Source of the DNA: Eledone cirrhosa
Taxonomy: Eukaryota
Assembly: GCA_964016885.1 (NCBI GenBank)
Contig: OZ024741.1
Location: forward strand, 299,956,001 to 300,020,000
Direction: 5' to 3'
DNA length: 64,000 nt
The position numbers were made by a program, and so were the translations under genes. Below are positions 54,175-64,000 of this stretch, piece by piece (within the stretch, counting starts at the first letter, position 1; the number at the start of each line of letters is the position of its first letter). The notes under the pieces are model-generated. The model saw only the letters and a program-made list of their open reading frames with translations, was not told the origin of the DNA and searched no databases.

Positions 54175-54318
54175 TTCGCTCTACATGGCTGAATACAATA
54201 AATGTAATCTGAGCTTTTCGAATATTAATAATAATATTCGATTAGTTTGCAAACAAGCCTATTTTTTAAAAACCCATGTCAGTTATGGTCCACCTGGTTC
54301 CTTACCACATTTCCTTCG

Positions 54319-54390
<72 letters not shown>

Positions 54391-57300
54391 GATTAAATTG
54401 CATTTGTACATATATAGAATAGAAGTAACCGAATGTGCATGAGTGCACATATAAATGTATACATTTCCATTATGAGGACATATGAGGATGAAGGATTGGC
54501 AGCACAATTAGTGTGTCGCACATGTTTACGCCATATATTTGCGACCCTTTACATTGCGATTTCAAATCCCATATATATATATATATATATATATACTTTA
54601 AATGTGTTTTCCTGTCATATAATATGCTTTCATGCATTCGACTCCCAGATCTATCACTCTTCAAACTTGTGTAACTTTCAACAGCTAATTGGCCATTTTA
54701 TGCTAGTTTACATTCATCTGTGTGTGTATGTGTCTGTGTTTATTTTTGTGCTAGTGTTAAATTTCAACCGCTACTGACCATATTTCTTTCTTCTGAACTT
54801 TATGTATTCGTGCGCACACGTTCTTGTGTGTGAGTACCTCAGCGACTGTTTTTATGCTCAGTGATTATCCAATAATAGACCACGCATCGGCACTGCGTGA
54901 AGCAGCTCAATCATGGCAATGACAGAAAAAAAAATATGTATAATCTATATTTAGAAATGTTGAGCGAATATTTATTTATTTAGAATTATATTAGAAGATT
55001 CAACACAAGATCTTTCTTTTTTCTGTATCTATGAAATATACGTTAAGTTGAAGGTTCCAATGCTTTCAGTTTCTAGTTAGTTTATATTCTCCATCTTTTT
55101 TTCATTTTTCGTAATTCTTTATAGGTCTTGCTCCATCGATCTCGTTCCCGCTTTTCTCCTCTCTTCTCCTCTTTCCATCTCTCTCGCTCTATAACCCTCT
55201 CATCATATAAACTCTCTTTCTTTCAATTTCGCCCACTTTTCGTTCGATATGAGGTTATATCTTAACCTGAATTGTTACTATATATATAGTATCCTGGTGT
55301 TTTTACGGCTACCTTTCTCGCTGAGAATACTACAATTTTACGAGAATTCATAAACACTCATCGCTTCAAACCATCTCAATTAACGCTTATATAGATATTG
55401 CATTATAAATAATTTCCAAGTTATATACATTGAAATAGACATATTAAAATGAGATAGAAATGTGTTCCCGGAAACTGCTATTTTTTAATCAAACAAGTTA
55501 ATAATAAATGGATTATAGACAAAGAACTGATTTTTTTTTTGTGAATTTTAATTATTTTCTGTTAATAAATTAGCTTTGGCTTCAGTTATTTGACATCTTA
55601 CTACTAATGTTGCAAGTAATCCATAATGCCGTTTCCCCGGGTTCCGTAAAGCAACAGCCTGCTTAAAATTCATAATAGAAATGTCACAAATTTGAAGGCA
55701 ATTGTAGAACATATTTCTTTTCTTATGACAAGCGAAACTTGCTTACATCTCAAGAAATAAAATTGAGCAAAAAATATTTTTAAAATCAGACATCTGTCAT
55801 ATATAGGACATCAAAAATTTCGAATGAATTCTAGTTTAAAAAAACACGAAGTTGTTTCCAGGAAATATGGAGAAACTATAGTGGTTACGAAAATTGTTAT
55901 AAAAATATTTGCAATAATAACTCATAGAAAACATGAAAGTTTGAAAGCACGTTAAAAAAGGAGAAGACTTGAATTAGAAAATGACGCGAAAGTGAAATCT
56001 TAATATTCTATATGTAGGTTGAGAAATAATCTTTCAAAGAACATCTGGCAGTTTACTTTTAATAATTATGTTTTAAGAATGTATATCGATTATACTACAT
56101 ACTTATTTAGGGGAAAAGGACTGTATAATACATCCGGGTATAAAATCTGAAACACGATAAATTCATCGATTTAAACATAATGATTTGAAGCAAGATTCAA
56201 CGGTTATAGATGCAGAGCAGTTAACAAATCTAAGGTTTGCACATTACACAGCAATCAGGCGAAATAAATTTAGGAATTAGGACAACTAAAGAGTGAATAA
56301 CCCATGAAGGGAAAGACCGGGTGTAGTAGACACAGGAAATAATAAATATGGAAGACAAAAAAAAATAGATAATTATAAATGTCTATCCCAGAGAATTAAC
56401 ATGTCAAATACAGGTGAAGAAACAAGAACAACGATAATGGCAAAATGTAGTGATCTTCCCTGTAAACTAGAACAATGCAATATGCCATCCATTTAAAAAT
56501 GATATATGTCGTCGGATTGATAAATTATCATGGTACAAAATATACAACTCTTTTTTATATGGAACAATAGCTCCCGAGTGTAAATATTAAAAGTATCAAA
56601 TTATATGGCACTTCTCGATTAAAATTATAAACGCTAAGCACAAACATATAGACTTTTATACATTTGTACGTACGTATATTAGAAACATTATATTCATGTC
56701 ATTTGTAGCTGATGACTGCCATCATGGAAATTAGTTTTCGTTTAAAATATGCAAAAATGTGATATTTGAGAAACGTGATATTTGAGAATGAATGATAATG
56801 TGTTAAAAAGAGCAGTAATGAATAGAAATATGTTCAGGGTTCGATCATGTTAGTTCGATCATATATTAGTATATTATACCCTCGTAATCAGGTTGAAATA
56901 TTAGTAATAGTAGTGTCGTCAATATTACTAAAACCTGAGTATGATTTCAGGTTGTGGTTGTTTTTCTTTGTCGTTTTCAGTTTTAGTTTTTCAATAAGTA
57001 TTCTCATTCATGTGTCACGATCGAACACTAACATAAATGTTTGCGAACCTTCTTTTATCTATGAAAAGTAACGGTACATTTTGCAACATACAGTAAATGA
57101 AAATACTCAATAGAGAGATGGTTGCGAAATCATATCCCATTAACAGTATTTACGCGTTTTCAAAGTTGTTGTCAGTATATTTTTTATTCTCTGCAGGAGA
57201 GTATTTCAAATTATCTTGTTTTCCACTTCCGTCCATTAACCTTTGTTATTTACATATACATGGAATTCATTATTGATTGATGTCACCATTGAAATTGCTA

Positions 57301-58549
57301 CATAGGAAGTTAAATGACCAGTTTCCCATCTCTGAGTACATTTCGATTCGGTGTCGCTCGTAAATTGACATACCTTCGTCCTAAGCTTCTGTTTTAATGT
57401 CAAAATCTATAATTTCACTAAAGCCATAATCTATAGATATTAAAATACTGAATCTCATGCATATGTGTAGCTTATATTATCGATCAACATACAAATATTA
57501 CTGCTTGCAAAATACATAAATTTCATTGAACATATACCAATGGAAGGATTAAATTAAAACGTTTTTTTTTTTTATCGATTTGTATAAGTATAACATTTTA
57601 TATACTTCTTACTTCCCTGAGAGCTCTAAGAAGGATTAGGGATAAATGTACTTTATAAATTAAGCAGAACATTTGGCTTTTAATCTCAGTTATATCTATG
57701 TGCTAATAATTCTGTTATTAACCTGTAATGTCACGTCGTTATAGATATGTAACCTTATGCAAATAAAATGTATTTACTATGTTAAATATTTGACACGAAA
57801 TAGATTCATAATTCTGTGACATGTATTCTTTTATACAGACAAATTACGACAAGTGAAAAGGATATTGTAGAATATAACATACTGCCAGAGAAAAAGAGAA
57901 AAAGAGGCGTGCATGTTAAAAGCAGCAATTAAAATACTTCCCCTTCAGCTCAAGCAATTTCCACGGATGAAGCCTATTCTGACACTTCAGACATAATGCA
58001 TTATAAATATGAAATATGTAACACAGGTCTCTGCAACAGTCTTAAATTCATAAACCACGTATATGTAATGACACAAAGAGGTAACATCACACTACATGAA
58101 ATATGATATGATTAATTATGTATAAACATGTATATCGTATGCCACAAATATAATATGCTGATATAACTAGTGTTACTTAGTATGTGATCAGGGATGGATT
58201 GCGATTTCAAGCAATGTGGATTTCATTCATCATCTAATTGTACCACCGAATTGTACAAAACTCTCTTGGTAAATATAGTCATAGTACAGTTCGGATTAAT
58301 ACGTCTGAAACAGAAAGAACAAACCAGTTTGCTTAGAAATAATGATACACCCCGGATAATACTGTAAGTATACAATAACCAATTTCGTTATTTCTGCTGA
58401 CATATTACTCTTGTTTGCCATACCCAGTGAAGCACAAACCACTCTGTACGTGTCGAGGTAGTGCATAAAATATCACTAAAACCTACATTATCGTACATAA
58501 GCAGGCGTGACACATTATAAAACTTTCATATGAATCATCAAATATTAAA

Positions 58550-60110
58550 TCGGGCCTGCTGGCCATCACCTATATGAACCAGCTAGAATGCCGAGCCCTC
58601 AACACTTGCCATTCCCATACCTTCTTCACCCGATATGTAGATGACATACTCATCCATACATCATCCCGCGAGGAGGCGGATAAAATATACACGACATTCT
58701 CCAGCATGGACGCCAGTGTAAAGTTCAGCATGCAACACACCGATGACCGCGGATACTTATCCCTACTGGACTTCCAACTCAGGGTAACAGAGGAAGTCAA
58801 CATCCACACCTGCTTCTATTAAAAAGCGCCAGCAGGGACCTGTTTGTACATTTCAGATTGGCTCTCCCAGCCGGCGCTAAGTTCGGATATATAAGGAACG
58901 AACTAACACGTATCCGGAACAAATGCACTGACGCTAGAGACCGAGACAGACCCACCACACATTTCCTGGAAGTACTCAAACTAAACGGATGCCCGACGTC
59001 CACCACGAACCGTGTCAGAAAGGACAGAGGACACCAGACCCGAGGCACTAACAACTGCTTCCTGAAGATCTCACACTTCAGTGGGGAAACAACAACCACC
59101 ATCCGCAGAGCTATCAGACGAGAAGGAATAGATATCCAACTATCCCACTCAGGACTCTCTCTACGCAGACGGTTAACCAAAAGACACTCCACCAGACATG
59201 ACAGCCGCTGCAGGCTAGCCAACTGCCCCATCAACAACACAGACCTATGCCACCAGGTTACGTCGTATACAAATTAGAGTGCGACAAATGCAGCAACTTC
59301 TACGTAGGTAGCACCACCAGACCACTTCACATAAGAATAAAAGAACACCTCAATACTAACGCTTCCTCATTTAAGAAACACCTAGTGAAATGCAAAAACA
59401 CCGACAAAAACATAACAGTTAGGATAGAAACTAAGGAAAGAAACGTCGGCAATCTTAGCATTAAGGAAGCACTGATTATACACAACCACCAATCAATAAT
59501 AGACTATAACTCAACACCCAATTTATAACTTGATAAAGCACCTAGCCCTATACTTAGACCCACCCCTCTCACACACACGCACACGCACTCACACACACAC
59601 ACACACACACACACACAGCCATACACACACGCACGCACACACACACACACACACAAATACCAGTTTAACACGATAGAGCATGTATCCCCCACATTCACGT
59701 ATATAGACATATCTTCTCACACTCACACACACACACACACATACTTACACCTTCAATTATTCTCCCACACACTTAAACATACGTATACACAACCCCTTTT
59801 AAGGGGAGACTATTCTTTATCTACCTAACCTTCACTCTTTGACATTAGAGATAGAACAGATTCTCTATACCATTTCCTGTCAGCATGACTTGGAAAGCTA
59901 TTTAGAACGCTGGTTTAACAACTTTATTTCCCTCCGAAGAAGAGATATTATCTCGAAAATTAAGGATATTTAAATACATTTAAGGTAAAAGACTAATTGT
60001 CAACAACATCTTTTGCATTTATATTCTATATCCATACCTGCATTGTTTTGGCGTTACAAATACAAACGTGTATACCCCATTACACAATGCTTCAAGTGAA
60101 TTGTAACTTC
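58550..60110 (+). mobile_element. 5'-truncated Penelope-like element (Penelope/Poseidon-like)
   Basis: FFTRYVDDIL, LSLLDF, CRLANCPIN, VVYKLECDKCSNFYVGSTTRPLHIRIKEH (GIY-YIG); 3' HHR. Confidence 0.9.
59931..59965 (+). ncRNA. Minimal hammerhead-like motif (U4C, one extra A)
   Basis: cct CCGAAGA a gagat att atctc GAA AATT A agg. Palindromic 4-nt stem III. Confidence 0.7.
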
Positions 60111-60113
60111 CTC

Positions 60114-60215
<102 letters not shown>

Positions 60216-60234
60216 TTATATATATATTTATATA

Positions 60235-62880
60235 AGAGAAAATAAAGAGCGTTTATAACATCAATCAATTTTTATTCACTGACAGTGTTTCATACATACC
60301 ATGGGGCAGGACTCATCAGAGCGTTGAAAACAAAAATACAATAATGAAGATAAGCTCTACCGACCTACATCATAAGAACAATAGATATATGGTACAGGAT
60401 CATAGGATAATAGTAAAAATGGAGATGATACATAATAGGGCTGTTAGTCAGAGTAAGGAAAAATAAGAAAAATAAGAAAAACTAAAATAAACTGAAGTAA
60501 TCTCACAAGATATACAAGGAATCAGTCAAGGCGATAAAGAAAAAAGAAATATTTAAAACAAATAAATAAATAAAATGAAATAAAAATAAAATAATAATAA
60601 ATAAAATAAAAAATAATAATAATAATTAATTAAACAATAATTAAAAAATTAAAAATTAATAATTAAAAAATAATTTTAAAAATGAAAAAGATATTAAAAA
60701 AAATATATATAAAAAAATAAAAACATATATATATTAAAAAAAAATAATAATTAAAAATAATTTAAAATAATTTAAAATAATAAAAAAAAAAAAATAAATA
60801 AAAAAAATCCATATTAAAAACTAATTAAAAAACTAATTAAAAAATATATATTTAACAAAATAATTAACAAGAGAGAGGCATAGATGCATATGAGGGCACA
60901 CAAACACAAAGAGAGAAAGCATGCATTGGTCAGTCGAATAGGCCAGATGATTTCCCATGACAAAGAGTCTTATGTCCTATAGTTTCACAGGCTGAGCCAC
61001 AGAGCACTCGAATATTACAGGTGTAAAAGTAGGGATATCCAGCAGATAAATTACAATAGGCATCAGCCGGGGTGTCATATAGAAAAGTGCCATGTAAGCC
61101 CTTAAAGTATGGTAATAAGGGTCAGAGGGGATTTAGTATTCTCCAAATTCAGCACGGTTAGGGTAACCATAAAATAGTGGAGCTGTGCGGATAAGAGGTG
61201 TCAGTCTTGCATAATGATGAGTACAGCACAGGCAGAAGCAGGAACACAAGCAAAGCAGGGTAAGTGTATAGAAGAAGCTGAAGCAGTCAATTCACAACGA
61301 ACAATTCATAACAGACAGTTCATACATGGTTTAAACCATGTTTGAGGCATATCCGGCAAGGGGAACAACAAACCTATATATATGGTCAGTAGATGGTAAC
61401 TCACGAAATTTCACAACATATATAGACACATGTATATATATATATATCCTTATACATCCACATGTACGTATCATAACGTATGGTACTATATGTTATGAGC
61501 CGGTGTTCAAATCAAAATCCTCATATAAGTAGTGCTCCAGATTGCGGTATTATACTATTCTCAATCACTCACAGTAATGTACATCTAATTCCGTGTTCTG
61601 AGGGTATTATTGTCCGAACATTACATGAACACACATCATAGCAGTAGCTTGTTGACTATTCACATGAATCACGTGGTTAGACAAACAAACTTAAAATATA
61701 ATATATAATATAACATGACATATAACATGACATATAAAATATACAAGTGTACAGACCGAATCAGTGATTCTGCCCAGCGCAACTGTGAGTCAATACACTT
61801 ATACATGTGTTCATTAACTAAACAAGACAGCGACCATATGATATAGCTCCGCAAAAATTAAACAATGACAATAAACACATACGTTACAAATGGTGACGTA
61901 AAGGGCACACATAGTGGATAACTCCCTGTTACTCACGACTAAATACGTTTCTAAGGCTAAGGAAGGGAGACTCCTCTACCACTTCATCTATGAAATCAAA
62001 AATTCAAAAAACTCAAAAGTTTAGACCGTAGAAAAAATAATAATAAACTCCTACACCGTATATATTAGCTGTATTTCTAAGGCAATGGACGGGAGGCTAT
62101 TCTACCACTTCATCTATGAGATCAGAAATCCAATAGTAAATTCCTACACCGTGTATATTAGCCAGTATATTAGCCAGAGTAACAATAACATTCGTGTATA
62201 TACAAATAAATATTATCAGACCTATAAGGAGTTATGCTATTAACAGATCTCCAAAACAGTCAAACTGATAATACGAAAGCCATTAAATCGTTATTAACCT
62301 AGTGTAAGTTTATATGACTATAATCAACTGTATTAAAATTATTATGGGTTATGTTATAAACATAATTCTTAGCCTATAGGTTTAACGGCAGACAAACGGA
62401 ATCCTAATATATAAGTATAGGTAGGTGGTCTATCCCCGCGGTTGGAGACATAGTCATTGCCGAATGGGAAGAGTGAGCAGTATACGTAAGGCATCCGACA
62501 AGAAGGGTCATTGCATGGGGCTAGATACTCTCATAGGAATTATCTTGGATCAAGCTGGATGGGACTGGTTAATTCATTACCTCACTAATACAATACTTTC
62601 CATTATCCAGGAGTTACGCCCATTAGGATACAATAGTATTCATCAGTGAACAAATGCTCGATTAATTGAAGATAGAATTCCCTCCATACAAAGGGAGCAT
62701 AGATGGGTTGAAGGATTAAGGAGTCAAAGATTTGAAGGATTACTACGGAGTTATAAGAGAGGAGTGAGTGATACCCAGCCTATCTAGTTAACTGGCTTAA
62801 AGTAGTAGAAGGAACTAAGGATCATGTGTGGACAAGAATAACATATTTCAGTTTTCCTATTGAGTAGGTTGCCTCTAGAG
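60235..62880 (-). mobile_element. Severely 5'-truncated Naiad-like PLE: last ~30 codons plus ~2.5-kb 3' UTR
   Basis: Minus strand at ~62790-62880 reads NLLNRKTEICYSCPHMILSSFYYFKP, matching LLNRKSEIFSSCPHAISNSYFYYKP of ORF 27885-28325. HHR at its 3' end. Confidence 0.75.
60277..60323 (-). ncRNA. Type I hammerhead ribozyme (stem II partly decayed)
   Basis: cgct CTGATGA gtcctgcc ccat ggtatgtat GAAAC act GTC agtg AATAAA. Confidence 0.8.
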
Positions 62881-62902
62881 TATATTATATATATATATAT
62901 AT

Positions 62903-63155
62903 ATATGAATAAAAATAGACCGAGAAACAGGAAAAGTCCGTCATCAGTAGTCTGCTGATTCTCATTGGTATTTCTTCGAATTAAAGACTAGATACCTAAA
63001 CTCAGTGCGAGCGATAACTAAATTAAGTTATCGGGAGAGAGGAAAGTGAACAAACAAAAATACGAACCACAGCGAAGGGAAAAATATATGCGAATGAAAA
63101 ATGGCATGCTGCGTTGTTGCGAATATGAACATATGAATAAAAATAGACCGAGAAA
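62903..63155 (-). mobile_element. ORF-less 228-bp unit with 25-bp terminal direct repeat carrying a rearranged hammerhead-like motif
   Basis: atatgaataaaaatagaccgagaaa at 62903 and 63131. (TA)n flank. Confidence 0.7.
62935..63005 (-). ncRNA. Candidate non-circularly permuted hammerhead (copy B)
   Basis: ctgagt tt aggtaT C tagtct ttaattcgaa GAAA tacca atgag aatcag c agacta CTGATGA cggact. Confidence 0.62.
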
Positions 63156-63221
63156 ATATATACATATTGATGATTTCTAAAGAATGAAACAGTTCTAGTC
63201 CTATAGAATCTCATCTATATT

Positions 63222-63273
<52 letters not shown>

Positions 63274-63314
63274 TATATAAATATATATATATATATATAA
63301 ATATTTATATATAT

Positions 63315-63361
<47 letters not shown>

Positions 63362-64000
63362 ATCTTATCATATCTGATGGGAAGTGCAATGAAAGTCTAC
63401 CTAGAAATAAATATCCGGGGCAGAAAACTGAATCAAACAATATGAGTTGAAGTCTAATGCTATTTCCATTAAATATGCAAAACCTGGTCTCATGTTGTCT
63501 TTATTATTAAATCGTACAGCATTAGTATTGTGGCATATACACGCAATTCCTAGTATTGATGAGTACCGTCCTAATATATCTTAAAGTCTATGCCAGAGAA
63601 TTGGCTGCAGAGGAACAAATCTGTAAAGTTGACATTTTGTGTAAGTATAATACCTGGTTTATCATTGTAAGTTAACTTTACTGGCGCATTTGCTCATCTA
63701 TTAAGGTACAGACTAACGTAACTATCTCTGTAGTCCATTAATGCATATGTTTATGTAAATATACACATTTGCGAATACGCATGCATCTCGTTATAATAAT
63801 GTTTCATAAATTATTTGTGCGAAGTGAACAAGATACATATCAGTTTAGTGCGCTATGTCTATAGAAAAAAGTTTTTTTTCTTTACTAATAGGAAAACCAC
63901 TTCAGTAACATATATTGTGGCATTATGTGGCTATAAAAAAATATTTTTTCATCCAAAATAAAAACAAAACATAATTGTTAATAATTCCAAATTTAATTTA

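Noticed and set aside
56706-56740. CTGATGA...GAAA
   Set aside because: Stems I and II do not pair.

Overview
AT-rich, microsatellite-dense eukaryotic DNA, probably an octopus or other cephalopod (inferred from composition and a familiar tRNA-derived SINE; not verified). I found no confident host gene, and most ORFs in the track are (TA)n/(CA)n artefacts. The window is filled with retroelements: about 7 Penelope-like elements (PLEs; RT plus GIY-YIG remnants, several with inverted pseudo-LTRs), an L1/Tx1-like LINE, two R4/Dong-like fragments, two Tc1/mariner relics, a non-autonomous Helitron and several SINEs. Reading both strands by eye shows about 19 type-I hammerhead ribozyme (HHR) motifs at PLE ends or in short tandem units. 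These include U3-A8 core variants in two unrelated families and an HHR with an ~80-nt insertion in stem II. The most unusual signal is a 71-nt motif on the minus strand in three copies (36801, 37337, 62935). It contains all three hammerhead core strands with stems I and III in exact register and covarying, but in a non-circularly permuted order, and it sits in short ORF-less tandem units. All structures were assigned by manual pairing; nothing was folded, searched or tested.
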